Counted from the stretch's first letter, positions 37,971 through 48,302 are shown. The stretch is DNA of 64,000 nucleotides from an uncultured Opitutales bacterium (GCA_944389215.1 CALXLN010000088.1:24379-88378), one strand, 5' to 3'. Numbers and translations are program-made. Notes: generated from the letters alone by a model not told the origin.

Positions 37971-38960
37971 ATGCGCAAACACCCAAAATATGCGGCGTTC
38001 ATTTTCCTAGTGTGGGTTGCGCTGGTATTTCTGACTTTCGCGTTTTCTGACAGATTCCCGTTTGACGCGGATTTTTCCTCGCCGGATTCTTTGGAAAATG
38101 TTTCGCGCCTTCCCGCGTATGACGATTCGGAATTTACGCTGCGGGCTGGCGGAATTGTGCGCATCGCCACTTGGAATTTGAAAAACTACACCGTATCGAA
38201 CCGCCGGGTTAACGGGAAATGGATTGAATATCCCAAGCCCAATTCGGAAAAGAAATCCGTGGTGGAAGCCCTAAAAAAGATAGACGCAGATGTTGTTCTA
38301 GTCCAAGAAATAGGCGACGCGGAGTTCATGAAGGAATTGCGCGATTCGTTGGCGGAATCGGGTCTTGTCTATAACTATTGCGCAGTGGCAAAGTGCGATT
38401 CCTACGCGCGCTTGGGCATATTGTCGCGGTTGAAGCCGGAGTCGTTTTTCGATTTTTCAACCGTGCGTTTTGAATTTAGAGGCGACAACCGGTATTCGCC
38501 TAGGGGCACGTTCGGAGCGGGTTTTGAAACGCACGGCGTAAAGTGGTATGCTTTTTCCATCCACTTGAAAAGCAAGCAGGGAGCCCGGAAATCGGACGAA
38601 AATTTCACCCCGTTTAGATTTGCAGAACTCCGCGCCATAGACGCGAAAATATCGTCGGCAGTCGGCGGCAATTCCGCCGTTGTAGTTGCCGGAGATTTTA
38701 ACGACGAGCCGTCTTCGGCTCTGTTGAGGAATTTGAAAACACTGAAGCTTGGGCTTGTAGGGCAGGCAGATTCCCGCGGCAATCCTCATACCTATTTTTG
38801 GCGCAAGAAAAACATCAATTATGTCTACGACTATTTCTTGGTTTCGCCTTTAATGCGCAACTATGTAGAAGGCAAGGGCAGGGTTTTTACCTCTATTGAA
38901 AACGCCAGCGATCATTTCCCCGTATTTTTGGATTTGAAATTTGGCGCCGCTCAAAATTAA
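37971..38960 (+). CDS. Membrane-anchored endonuclease/exonuclease/phosphatase (EEP) family protein
   Basis: N-terminal TM; ATWNL, LVQE, HLKS, AGDFND, YDY, SDHFPV. Confidence 0.88.
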   Translation: MRKHPKYAAFIFLVWVALVFLTFAFSDRFPFDADFSSPDSLENVSRLPAYDDSEFTLRAGGIVRIATWNLKNYTVSNRRVNGKWIEYPKPNSEKKSVVEALKKIDADVVLVQEIGDAEFMKELRDSLAESGLVYNYCAVAKCDSYARLGILSRLKPESFFDFSTVRFEFRGDNRYSPRGTFGAGFETHGVKWYAFSIHLKSKQGARKSDENFTPFRFAELRAIDAKISSAVGGNSAVVVAGDFNDEPSSALLRNLKTLKLGLVGQADSRGNPHTYFWRKKNINYVYDYFLVSPLMRNYVEGKGRVFTSIENASDHFPVFLDLKFGAAQN

Positions 38961-39080
38961 AACTTTGCTTGTAAGTCCCCTTGGGGGAGGACGGAAAATT
39001 TTTTTAATTAAAATGTTCCGGCGGATATTGCAGATTGTTGCCGGTTTTCCGCGATAAAACGCCGGAGTTTTGCGCCGGAG

Positions 39081-39908
39081 TTAGCGGGCGGAATAGAATT
39101 TGCGCTGAAGATTTGATATCCGCGTTACAATCATCAGCCACAATACCGCCGTTACAACCATCATCGCCAATACATATATGGATAAATAAATGGAAACTTG
39201 AATGTTTTCCATACCGTTGGTTTTTGTAAATTTTTCAACAAGAAATATTACAAACGTAATTATCCAACATATCCACCACGATGCAAAAAGCGCTACGTCG
39301 AAAGCGCAAAGTTTTCTCTTGGACGCTTTTATTGCCGATATTAGAGCGTTCCATATTATTCGGCACGGAAGAATCAGATTGAATACCGGAATTATAAACG
39401 CAAGAGCGGAGGTATAGGGGGAGTATTTAAATTCGCCGTCGAGCGTTTTGGATACTTCGGCTGTCGAATACATCCATTTCATTGTGGCTGCGGCTACCAT
39501 GAAAAGCACTATCCAGGTGAATATATTGAGAAACGTAAACATGCTTTGTATTGTCGAAAGTTCCAGTTTCGACTTTATGTCCGTAAGCAAATATCTGCCT
39601 TCCCATATGTTCCTAAAGAAATCCAAAGCTTCGAAAAAATAATACAATTTTAATCCCAAAAAGAGAATCCAGACGACGAGTGTTGCGCGCAGTATATATG
39701 TATAGAATTTAAAATCGCGCAAAATAGGGCTTTCCGGAACCGTTGTTATGGTGCGGTATATGGAGGAATCTTTCAGCTTGACCCATTGCGGCATTTGCGG
39801 GGCCCATACATATGTGGACTCGGAGATTTTTCCGTCGGAAAAGAGAGAAGCTATTGCCGCATCCGATAGGGGCCCGACTTTTTTCTTTTCTTTAATGTAA
39901 TACCACAT
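39081..39908 (-). CDS. GYF_2 (DUF4339) domain plus DUF4328-like membrane protein
   Basis: N-terminal WYY...GPLS...I...TYVWAPQMPQW, then 5 TMs with FIIPVFNLILP and WW motifs. Confidence 0.75.
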   Translation of the reverse strand: MWYYIKEKKKVGPLSDAAIASLFSDGKISESTYVWAPQMPQWVKLKDSSIYRTITTVPESPILRDFKFYTYILRATLVVWILFLGLKLYYFFEALDFFRNIWEGRYLLTDIKSKLELSTIQSMFTFLNIFTWIVLFMVAAATMKWMYSTAEVSKTLDGEFKYSPYTSALAFIIPVFNLILPCRIIWNALISAIKASKRKLCAFDVALFASWWICWIITFVIFLVEKFTKTNGMENIQVSIYLSIYVLAMMVVTAVLWLMIVTRISNLQRKFYSAR

Positions 39909-39989
39909 GTTTTAATATTATTAAATTCGTAATCTATTATTAGAGCTTAAATTTTTGTCAATAATATAGGGCGGTTGTTGGAATATCTG

Positions 39990-41345
39990 CTATTTGCCTA
40001 TGCAGAACTTTGAGAAGACCCTGTCTAAAATCTGTTCGTTGTCTGTTTTCCCCGTTATTTCTCCGAGCGCATTGAGAGCTTCGCGCAGGTCGGAAGCCAC
40101 CAGTTCGGACGGGACATTTTTTATTGTCTTGTCGGTTGCGGCAAGCAGGCATTCTTTGGCTTTTGACAGAGATTGCGCGTGGCGCGTGCTTACCAGTATG
40201 TCGTCGGCCGACGGCAGTATGGAATTTGATTTTATTAATTGCGATATTGCCGCGCGCAGCAAATTTATGCCCCTATGATCCATGCAGGATATTTCAACAC
40301 ATATAAATTTTTTGTAGATTTCTTTGTATTTATCGGCATTGGCGCTTGGGGCGTCGCATTTGTTTAACGCGACGACAGTGTTTTGTGGCGTTATCAAACT
40401 GTATATTTCTTTGGGGAGCTCCGGAGGCTCGTCGGAAACATCTATTGTAAGCAGGCAGATGTCGCAGGCGGAAATCTTTTCAAGCGCTTTGGCGATTCCA
40501 GCGGCTTCTATGTCTTCGGCGGAATTTCTTAATCCGGCAGTGTCTGTTAAGTTTGCCGCGCAGCCATCTATGATTATTTTTTCATTTATGAAGTCGCGCG
40601 TTGTTCCCGCATGCGGGCTTACTATCGCCCGATTCTGCCCCAGAAGTTCGTTCATTAGAGACGATTTCCCCGCGTTTGGCGCGCCTGCTATGACAATGTT
40701 TAATCCTTGGTGGATTAGAGGGGTGTATTTTGAAGAATCGATGAGCGACTGGATTTCGGCGGCTAGCTTATCCGCCGCGACGGATATTTCTGATTTGTCT
40801 TCCGGCGGAAGGTCTTCGTCGGGAAAGTCTATGTAGGCTTCGACTAGCGCGGAGATGTCCATAAGGCTGTCGCAAAATCTTCTCACGCGTTCTCCGAGCG
40901 CGCCAGCCAGCTGCTTGCGCGCGGCGTTCAAGGACCTTTGGCTTCGCGCGCTTATTAGCAGGGCGACGCCTTCGGCTTGCGACAAATCCATTTTGTCGTT
41001 TAAGAAGGCTCTTCTTGTAAATTCTCCGGGTTCGGCAGCCAGGCATCCTCGTTTAAACAGGTCTTCCAGGACGCATTGAATTATGAAAGGGTTGCCGTGA
41101 AGGGCTATTTCCAGCATATCTTCGCCTGTGTACGAGGCGGGAGCTTTAAAGAATGTAAAAAGGCAATCGTCCAATGTTTCGCCTTCCAAAGCCAAATAAT
41201 CGGCGCGGGTCGATTTTCTGGGAATGGGCGGTCCTTTTTTGAATATTTCCTCCGCCAAGCGCCGGCATTCGCCGCCGGTGAGGCGTACAAGAGCTATGGC
41301 TGATTCTCCGTTTGGCGTGGAAAGTGCGGCTATTGTGGAACTCAT
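39990..41345 (-). CDS. mnmE: tRNA modification GTPase MnmE
   Basis: TIAALSTP, SYTGED, AEPGEFTRRAFLN, GAPNAGKSS, GTTRD, DTAG, NKCD, terminal FCIGK. Start ATG 41345. Confidence 0.96.
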   Translation of the reverse strand: MSSTIAALSTPNGESAIALVRLTGGECRRLAEEIFKKGPPIPRKSTRADYLALEGETLDDCLFTFFKAPASYTGEDMLEIALHGNPFIIQCVLEDLFKRGCLAAEPGEFTRRAFLNDKMDLSQAEGVALLISARSQRSLNAARKQLAGALGERVRRFCDSLMDISALVEAYIDFPDEDLPPEDKSEISVAADKLAAEIQSLIDSSKYTPLIHQGLNIVIAGAPNAGKSSLMNELLGQNRAIVSPHAGTTRDFINEKIIIDGCAANLTDTAGLRNSAEDIEAAGIAKALEKISACDICLLTIDVSDEPPELPKEIYSLITPQNTVVALNKCDAPSANADKYKEIYKKFICVEISCMDHRGINLLRAAISQLIKSNSILPSADDILVSTRHAQSLSKAKECLLAATDKTIKNVPSELVASDLREALNALGEITGKTDNEQILDRVFSKFCIGK

Positions 41346-41647
41346 GGATGTTGTTTGCGATTGTGTTTTTTTCCCAAAGCCATAGCTCTTACGCGGGCGG
41401 CTATTATCGCGGCAGCTGCGGTAGCGCAGAAGGCCACCCCTCCGACGGAAAGTGCGTCGATGTGGGCTTTGAATTTTGTGGATCCGGTATTTTTTTGAAT
41501 ATCTATTTCCCTGGACTTTTGCCAATCCGTAAGCTGCGACTCAAAATGTGAGTAGGCGGCAAAATAAGCCAATGTTCCGACAAGCGCCGAAACGGCTATC
41601 AACAGGATTTTAATCCTTTTGGAATGGCGTTTTTGAGGAATGCTCAT
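41342..41647 (-). CDS. Small two-TM hypothetical protein
   Basis: 101 aa with two hydrophobic helices; ATGA overlaps with both neighbours. Confidence 0.6.
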   Translation of the reverse strand: MSIPQKRHSKRIKILLIAVSALVGTLAYFAAYSHFESQLTDWQKSREIDIQKNTGSTKFKAHIDALSVGGVAFCATAAAAIIAARVRAMALGKKHNRKQHP

Positions 41648-42138
41648 TTTTTCTTGCGCGCATTAATAGCTTTTTGCAAAAGCGCCGTATCGAGTTTGGC
41701 GGGCGGAAGTATTGCGTTGCGTTCAAACCATCCCGCGTTCATTTCCAGGCAGTAGGCTATATCGTTGCGGGAGGACGGCACGGAGTCGAGGTTGTTTGCG
41801 TACATGCGTTTTATTTGTGTGAGAGTTCCGTCTTGCGTAAAGAACCCTATGTCCAGATTTATAGGGGTATTCATCATCCAGAACGACACTTTTTGCGGAG
41901 AGTCGTAAACAAACAGCATTCCGTCGTTTTCCGGCAGGTCTTTGCGGAACATCAGTCCCCGCGCCTTTTCGGAGTTTTCCACAGCGATTTGCGCGCGGAA
42001 TTCCTTGTTTGCGAGTCTCATCGGAAACAGGGTATCAAAGTCCGCTGCGGTATGTCCGGATTGTTCGGCGCAACCGCATAAAACGGCTACTGCGGCGGAT
42101 ATTTCTATAAAACTGGCAAGCCTTTTAATAAAAATCAT
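41644..42138 (-). CDS. DUF192 family lipoprotein
   Basis: RGLMFR, GMLFVY, FWMMNT, LDIGF, LEMNAG; lipobox-like LCGC. Confidence 0.9.
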   Translation of the reverse strand: MIFIKRLASFIEISAAVAVLCGCAEQSGHTAADFDTLFPMRLANKEFRAQIAVENSEKARGLMFRKDLPENDGMLFVYDSPQKVSFWMMNTPINLDIGFFTQDGTLTQIKRMYANNLDSVPSSRNDIAYCLEMNAGWFERNAILPPAKLDTALLQKAINARKKK

Positions 42139-42211
42139 TGATATTTAGTCTGTACATCTGTGGAAAAAGCGCAATAATAAACATAGTGTTGTAAAATTTT
42201 TAAGGTTTGCA

Positions 42212-43330
42212 ATGAAACGCGAAATCCTTCTGTACGGCGACAGCCAGTCTAACGCCGATATTCTTTATTTTACCGGAATATTTGTCCCGGATCCGTTTTT
42301 TGCCTTTACTTTGGGCGGCAAAAATTGCGCGTTGGTCGGGTCTCTTGAAGTGGGAAGATTGAGGGAAAATTCAAAACTCGACAGAGTTTTTGATTTGTCT
42401 TCGGAATTGAAGTCGCTTTCCGCTTCCGCAGTCCGGGACGATGTTAGCGTATTGTCTTCGGTATTGAAAAAGAATAAGGTCGGTAGTTTCTACGTGCCTA
42501 AAAATTTTCCTGCCTACCAGCTTGAACGCCTGCGTTCTGAAGGATTCGATTTGCAGGTTTTAGATACCGAGATTTTTCCGTCGCGCGAGGTCAAGTCCCG
42601 AGCGGAGATTGCGCAGATAAAGCGTGCGAATTCAGTTGCCGAGGCGGCCTTTGAATATTCTGAGGAAATTTTGCGCAATTCAAAAATAGAGCGCGGAATT
42701 TTATTCTGGCGCGGCTCTGCGCTCAGTTCGGAGATTCTGCGCGCGGAAATAGAAAAACTTTGCCTTTCTCTCGGGGCCGACGCCATGCATACTATTGTTG
42801 CGGCAGGAAACCAGGCCTGCAATCCGCACGAGGTAGGGCATGGGGCGATTCCCGCAAATTCGCTGATAGTAATCGATATTTTTCCACGGCTGCGGGATTC
42901 TGGATATTTTGGCGACATGACCCGCACATTTCTTAAAGGTGTGCCTTCAGAGGCGCAGTACAGGCTTGTGGACGCGGTTTTGAAAGCCCAGTCAAAGGCT
43001 ATTCTCAGCATAAAAGCGGGGGTGGACGGTGCCGACGTCCATTCTTTGGTCCGGGAAACATTTGAAAAATGCGGATATAAAACTGAATGCAGGAGGGGCG
43101 TTTGGAGCGGATTCTTCCATTCAACTGGACACGGTTTGGGCCTAGAGGTGCATGAGGCTCCATCGCTGGGATTGCGCGGCGCAAAGTTAAAGGCCGGCAA
43201 TGTCGTTACTGTAGAACCCGGCCTTTATTACCGAGGCTTGGGCGGTTGCAGAATAGAAGACAATGTGGCGGTGGAAAAGTCGCGCGCCAGGTTGCTTTCG
43301 GATTACCATTACCGCTGGATTGTCGAGTAG
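42212..43330 (+). CDS. Xaa-Pro peptidase, M24 family
   Basis: NPHE, VIDIFP, GDMTRT, HSTGHGLGLEVHE, TVEPGLY, RIEDN. Confidence 0.92.
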   Translation: MKREILLYGDSQSNADILYFTGIFVPDPFFAFTLGGKNCALVGSLEVGRLRENSKLDRVFDLSSELKSLSASAVRDDVSVLSSVLKKNKVGSFYVPKNFPAYQLERLRSEGFDLQVLDTEIFPSREVKSRAEIAQIKRANSVAEAAFEYSEEILRNSKIERGILFWRGSALSSEILRAEIEKLCLSLGADAMHTIVAAGNQACNPHEVGHGAIPANSLIVIDIFPRLRDSGYFGDMTRTFLKGVPSEAQYRLVDAVLKAQSKAILSIKAGVDGADVHSLVRETFEKCGYKTECRRGVWSGFFHSTGHGLGLEVHEAPSLGLRGAKLKAGNVVTVEPGLYYRGLGGCRIEDNVAVEKSRARLLSDYHYRWIVE

Positions 43331-43415
43331 GCGTTTGGCAGGGCAATCGATTTTATAGCGTTTTTTGCTTAAAAATTGTTGCCAAATTTTTGTCTGTGCG
43401 AGATACTGGCAAAAT

Positions 43416-44804
43416 ATGTTTAGGCTGATAGCAGTGTTTTGTCTTTTTGCCGTTTCGCTTTGCGCGCGCGCGGATTCGGAGTTTGAAAAGATTTTTGAAT
43501 CTCGCTCAAAATGCGCGGTGGTGGTCCAGTATGTGGTGGAACTTGAAGAGGATAGAAATAAGCGCCAATGCGTCGGGATGGTCGCGGGGGAAGACGGGCT
43601 TGTCATTGTAACTTCGGCGGAAATTCCGGGAATGTTGAGGCTGGAATCTTTGAAAGATTTTAAAATTAGAATATTCGGCGGTGATTCCGAGGGATATCCG
43701 GCGGATTATCTCGGGGCGGATTCAATTACGGGTACGCATTTCATAAAAATCAGGGGCGGATTGAAAGACGGAATGTTGCCGTTTAGTTCGTTCCCGAAAG
43801 CGGATTGCAGCATGGGAGACGCTCTTTGGGGGGTTCTTTTGGATTCGGAGTCTGCGGATTTTGAGCCGATGATGTGCCCGTCCACGCTCATTCGCCGCGG
43901 AAAGTACCCGCTTGACATAGGATATTTTTCTTCAGCAATAGCCTCAAACAGCGCTCCTATTTTCGATAAATCCGGAAATTTCGTCGGTTGGGCCACTGCT
44001 TACGACGAAAACGATTATTTGCTTTATGCGGGCGATAAAAGCGGCGAAGTTCGGCTGTTGGACCCCCACCGCGCTTCGGTGATGTTTATGCCGTCGGTGG
44101 TAGACGAGCTTTTGGCCCGCATCCCGAAAAATCCTGCAGGCGACCCGTTCGGGTGGGTGGGTCTGATAGATTTGCAGATTTTGAAAAGCGATGTCGCCAA
44201 GTATTTGGGGCTTGAAAAAAAGAGCGCTTTTGTGGTTAGCGAAATCGTCAAAGATTCTCCCGCCGAGAAATCGGGGATAAAAAAAGGCGACATTATAACC
44301 GGCTACAACGGCAAACCTATCGAGCGTTTGCGCAACGATTCCGCTACGCTTTCAAATTTCTGGCTAAGCCTGGCAAAAAGCAAACCGGGCGATAGGATAA
44401 AACTTGAAATAATCAGCGGTAATTCCGCCCCGCGCGAATTGGAGGTCGTTTTGGATCAATCGCCAAAAACGTTTAGGCAGAGCAAGTTTAAATATTTTAA
44501 GAGGCTGGGTTTTTCCGTGCGCGAATTTCTTCTAGACGATTCAATTGCGCGCAAGACATTCAGGCGCGGCGATGACATGGCTGTGGTGCAGTTTGTCAAG
44601 CCAAACAGCCCCGCAAGTTCCGCCGTGCCCGCCGCGCTGCGGCAGGAAGATTTGATAAAAGAAATAAACTCAATTCCCGTAAAATCCTATGCCCACGCCG
44701 TGGAACTTCTTGAAAAACTTGAATCGGACAAATCCGCCAAGGAGGTTGTGATTCTCGCCGAGGATTTTAGCGAAACAAAAGTAATAAGGGTAAAATTGGA
44801 TTGA
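43416..44804 (+). CDS. Secreted HtrA-like trypsin-fold plus two PDZ domains, catalytic residues apparently lost
   Basis: Signal peptide; PDZ motifs DSPAEKSGIKKGDII and NSPAS..LRQEDLIKEIN; degenerate protease motifs. Confidence 0.75.
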   Translation: MFRLIAVFCLFAVSLCARADSEFEKIFESRSKCAVVVQYVVELEEDRNKRQCVGMVAGEDGLVIVTSAEIPGMLRLESLKDFKIRIFGGDSEGYPADYLGADSITGTHFIKIRGGLKDGMLPFSSFPKADCSMGDALWGVLLDSESADFEPMMCPSTLIRRGKYPLDIGYFSSAIASNSAPIFDKSGNFVGWATAYDENDYLLYAGDKSGEVRLLDPHRASVMFMPSVVDELLARIPKNPAGDPFGWVGLIDLQILKSDVAKYLGLEKKSAFVVSEIVKDSPAEKSGIKKGDIITGYNGKPIERLRNDSATLSNFWLSLAKSKPGDRIKLEIISGNSAPRELEVVLDQSPKTFRQSKFKYFKRLGFSVREFLLDDSIARKTFRRGDDMAVVQFVKPNSPASSAVPAALRQEDLIKEINSIPVKSYAHAVELLEKLESDKSAKEVVILAEDFSETKVIRVKLD

Positions 44805-45415
44805 TGAGAGAAACTTTGTACATATTTGCCGCGCTTTTGGCGTCTGAAACTCTGGCAATTTCGGGCGACTTGAAATCCGGATTCTCCGATATCGACGCGC
44901 TGGTTGCTGAATCGGTAAAATTGCGCGCCCAGACGGCCCGCCAACAGCGCGAATGGATTGACGAAAAATCTGAGAAACTCGCAGAACTTTCAGCGCTTGA
45001 GGAAACAAAAGGCGCTCTCTTGAAACAAATATCGCAACTTGAGGCGGAAATTTCAGAGGCTAACGAGCAAACGCGGATTATTAGCCAAAAGCTGGCTCGC
45101 GACGAATCCGCAATGCAGGGTTTGGAAGCGTTTCTCGTCGAAAAATACGATGCTTTGTCCAAGAGCCCTTTTGTTGCGTCCGCCGTATTAAAGGAGGTTG
45201 GCTTGGATGATCGCGCGGCGTTTGTCAAAAAGAGCGTAGCGGAAAAATTTGCCGCAGTTTGTGGAATCTTGAGGGCGTTAAAGTCCCGTGATTATCGTAT
45301 TGGAGAGTCTCAGAAAGGCCTTTCAACGGGAATTTTTGTAAACGCTTCCGCCGTGGGAAAAGATGGTTCAAAAGTGGTTGTTTTAAAAGTGGAGAGATCG
45401 GAGGCAAAAAAATGA
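44804..45415 (+). CDS. Exported coiled-coil protein, DUF3450/TtpB-like
   Basis: Signal peptide, long coiled coil (QQREWIDEK...), position directly upstream of a long ExbB-like gene. Confidence 0.55.
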   Translation: MRETLYIFAALLASETLAISGDLKSGFSDIDALVAESVKLRAQTARQQREWIDEKSEKLAELSALEETKGALLKQISQLEAEISEANEQTRIISQKLARDESAMQGLEAFLVEKYDALSKSPFVASAVLKEVGLDDRAAFVKKSVAEKFAAVCGILRALKSRDYRIGESQKGLSTGIFVNASAVGKDGSKVVVLKVERSEAKK

Positions 45416-46686
45416 GGCGGGCGTTTTTTCTTCTGTTTGCAGCAATGTTGCCGCTTTCGGTTTTATGCGCGGAGACTGATTTGGAAAATTGGGCAAAGGA
45501 ATTTTTTGAAAAATCGCGCAGCCAACATTTGCTTTCCCAAAAAAAGATAAGTTCGGAGCGCGAAGAAATAAATGCGGAATTAAAAAAGACTCGCGAGGAT
45601 GTCGGAAAACTTTTTGCAAGATTGAAAGAAGCGGAGAAATCGCGCAAATCCGCGGTCGGCCTTTCTGAAAAACTGTTCTATATGGATTCCATAGCCGGAG
45701 AAATCCGCTCTATTGCGGCAGATTTCTCAAACTCTGATTTGGAAAGCCCTCCGGAGTTCGGTTTCGACAAATCCGCGCCCGCTTCTGCGAAAATCGCGCG
45801 CGAGATTATCGAATGCGCCGAGCGCGAGATAATGCGCCCCCTGGATTTGGTCGACGCCGCGGCTTTTTCCGTGGCAGACAGAGAAAAAATATCCGGAAAA
45901 AAATTTAGGGTGGGCGGTTTTAAATATTTCGTTTCTCCGAAGCGCGCGGGATTTTTGTCGGACGAGGGCGACTTGTACGGGGAATCTTACGCGGAGGCCG
46001 TGAGGCTTTTTGCCGAAGGCAAGAGCGATGAAATTCCGGCTGACGTGTCGGGAGGAGCCTTGTTGCGTTCGGAAAAAAACGCCCGCACAATAGCCAGGGA
46101 GATTTCACTAGGCGGCGTATGGATGTATCCTATATTGTTTTTCGGGATTATCTCTCTGGGGGTTTGCGTGTTGAAGTTGTTTGCGATGTTAAAAATACGC
46201 AGGGCGCCGGGAAATCTTGTCGCAAAGATATTCGAAGCCTTAAACTCTGGTGATGCGGAAGGCGCTCTTAAAGTTGCAAGCTCCGCTGGTTATCCATACG
46301 CCAAGCTGATGGGAGACCTAGTGGAGTCTAGAAATCTTTCGGCGCCAAAATTGGAGGAAATCTCATACGAGTCTATGTTGTCGGCGGGAGAAAAATTATT
46401 TTCGGGGCTTTCGGTGCTTTCGGTAACTGCGGCGGTGGCTCCGCTTTTCGGGCTGTTAGGCACTGTTACGGGAATAATAAAAACCTTTGGCGACCTTTCT
46501 TTTCAAGGGGCCGCGCAGGCCCAGTTCATAAGCGAGGGAATAAGCGAGGCTCTAATAACCACTGAATACGGGCTGATTGTGGCGATTCCAGCGTTTGTGG
46601 CGCATGCGCTTTTTTCGCGTAGGGCAAAGGCGGTTTTATCGGATATGGAAAAAATGGCGTCAAGTTTTCTGAGTTCAAATTCATAG
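45412..46686 (+). CDS. Long MotA/TolQ/ExbB-family protein (TtpC-like)
   Basis: Signal peptide, periplasmic domain ending PADVSGG, then GGVWMYPI, APLFGLLGTVTGII, GISEALITT. Confidence 0.85.
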   Translation: MRRAFFLLFAAMLPLSVLCAETDLENWAKEFFEKSRSQHLLSQKKISSEREEINAELKKTREDVGKLFARLKEAEKSRKSAVGLSEKLFYMDSIAGEIRSIAADFSNSDLESPPEFGFDKSAPASAKIAREIIECAEREIMRPLDLVDAAAFSVADREKISGKKFRVGGFKYFVSPKRAGFLSDEGDLYGESYAEAVRLFAEGKSDEIPADVSGGALLRSEKNARTIAREISLGGVWMYPILFFGIISLGVCVLKLFAMLKIRRAPGNLVAKIFEALNSGDAEGALKVASSAGYPYAKLMGDLVESRNLSAPKLEEISYESMLSAGEKLFSGLSVLSVTAAVAPLFGLLGTVTGIIKTFGDLSFQGAAQAQFISEGISEALITTEYGLIVAIPAFVAHALFSRRAKAVLSDMEKMASSFLSSNS

Positions 46687-46687
46687 G

Positions 46688-47230
46688 ATGAGGGAATTTA
46701 TATATATATACGCAGAAGTTTTTAAGGCGGGCGGAATCTTGATGTATCCGTTGGCGCTTTTGGCGTTTTACCTCTATTTCAGCGGATTTGAAATTTGTTT
46801 CAGAATGGCGCGATGGAACAAAATATGTTCTGACGGAAAACTCTTCGGGGAAGCATACGAAGAATTTTTAAGGGACGAGTTCTCAAACGCCAGGGAACGT
46901 GTCGATATCGGCAAGGCATTTTCGCATTTGCGCCTGACTTTGATGTCCGGTGTGGAGCGCAGGTTGCTTTCGCTGAAAATTCTTTCGGGGGCGGCCCCGT
47001 TGATTGGATTGTTGGGAACTGTCGCAGGAATGATGATTTGCATATCTTCGGCCGCCGATTCCGGAAGCGTTGCCGACGGAATATCCACCGCTCTGATAAC
47101 AACCCAGGCGGGGCTTGTGGCCGCGATACCGGCGTGGATAATAGCAATGTTCGCTACTGCCCAAACTCAGAAACTCTTAATAAATCTGGCCCGCAGGGAG
47201 TCTGCCATGATTAGACGGGAGGAGGCATGA
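46688..47230 (+). CDS. exbB: MotA/TolQ/ExbB proton channel protein
   Basis: GGILMYPL, APLIGLLGTVAGM, GISTALITTQAGL. Confidence 0.88.
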   Translation: MREFIYIYAEVFKAGGILMYPLALLAFYLYFSGFEICFRMARWNKICSDGKLFGEAYEEFLRDEFSNARERVDIGKAFSHLRLTLMSGVERRLLSLKILSGAAPLIGLLGTVAGMMICISSAADSGSVADGISTALITTQAGLVAAIPAWIIAMFATAQTQKLLINLARRESAMIRREEA

Positions 47231-47634
47231 GTTTGCGCCGACCAAGATTTGAGGACGAGCAGCCCGCGCAGGCTATAAACATATCTCCGCTTATAGATGT
47301 GATTTTCATCCTGCTAATTTTTTTTATAGTTACAATGGTTTTTGCAGACGGAAGCGCCATGGATTTGGATGTCCCGAGCGCGTCGAATACGGCCGACGCA
47401 AAGTCCGATTCGCTTACCGTTGCGATTGGAGCCGACTCCGCGCTGTATGTGGACGGAAAAAAATATACGTTTGCAGCTTTGCCGGCTGTATTGAGAAAAA
47501 AGCTTCCTCCGAACGGCGCGGTAATATTGCGCGCGGATGAAAAAGTGTCGGTGAGCACTCTTGTGTCGGTTATGGATTGCGCCAAGGAAAACGGCGCAGG
47601 CGAAATTTTCGTATCTGCGAGGAAGAAGCAATGA
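47227..47634 (+). CDS. exbD: Biopolymer transporter ExbD
   Basis: INISPLIDVIFILLIFFIVT with the conserved Asp; VILRAD. Confidence 0.93.
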   Translation: MSLRRPRFEDEQPAQAINISPLIDVIFILLIFFIVTMVFADGSAMDLDVPSASNTADAKSDSLTVAIGADSALYVDGKKYTFAALPAVLRKKLPPNGAVILRADEKVSVSTLVSVMDCAKENGAGEIFVSARKKQ

Positions 47635-48302
47635 AGGTAAAAAGGTGCACATTTACAAGAAGGTCGCACTTCGGAAAGAGTTTAGCCTGCGCTGCTTTGC
47701 TGCTGTTTTGTGTGTACGCGATTTTGCCTCTTTCAATTTCCGCCGATTTGAAAAATCCGCAGAAAGAGAAAATGGTGCGCGTTTATTCCGTGCGGGATTC
47801 TTTCCAGGGGCCGCGGGTTTCGGAAAGAGAGGAAGCGAAAGCTCCCAATCGGCTGCCGCAAGTCCCAAGCGCTGCAAAGCCTCAATCCGCGCCGGGAGTT
47901 TCCATTGATTATTCGGATTGCGCGCTCTCTATTCCCGGCCTTCCTTCTCAAACCCGCGGAGAGTTTGGAATAACGGATTTCCCGCAGGCCGGAGGAGATT
48001 TTAAAGTGGCGGCTTTTGAAATTTCCGAACTGGATTCCGTGCCGAAACGCCTTAGCGGGGTGCGAGTAAAGTATCCGCCGGACATGTTGCGCCGGGGAAT
48101 CGAAGGCATGGTTCGCTTGAATGTGTCCATAGACGAAACCGGCGCGCTCGAAGTTGAGTCCGTGGCGGAATCTACAAACGCCCTTTTCGAAGCTTCTGCC
48201 ATAGAGGCTGCGCGCAATCTGCGCTATGAAATTCCTAAAAAAAACGGTGTTGCCGTGCGGGCGAAATTCGTACTGCCAATCCCTTTTAAAATTCAAAAAT
48301 GA
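47631..48302 (+). CDS. tonB: Energy transducer TonB
   Basis: N-terminal TM, Pro-containing linker, TonB_C domain YPPDMLRRGIEGMVRLNVSIDETG. Start ATG 47631 overlaps exbD stop. Confidence 0.88.
   Translation: MKVKRCTFTRRSHFGKSLACAALLLFCVYAILPLSISADLKNPQKEKMVRVYSVRDSFQGPRVSEREEAKAPNRLPQVPSAAKPQSAPGVSIDYSDCALSIPGLPSQTRGEFGITDFPQAGGDFKVAAFEISELDSVPKRLSGVRVKYPPDMLRRGIEGMVRLNVSIDETGALEVESVAESTNALFEASAIEAARNLRYEIPKKNGVAVRAKFVLPIPFKIQK

Noticed and set aside
41346-41525. N-terminal extension of MnmE in the ORF track
   Set aside because: Homology begins at MSSTIAALSTP (ATG 41345); the extension overlaps the small two-TM gene
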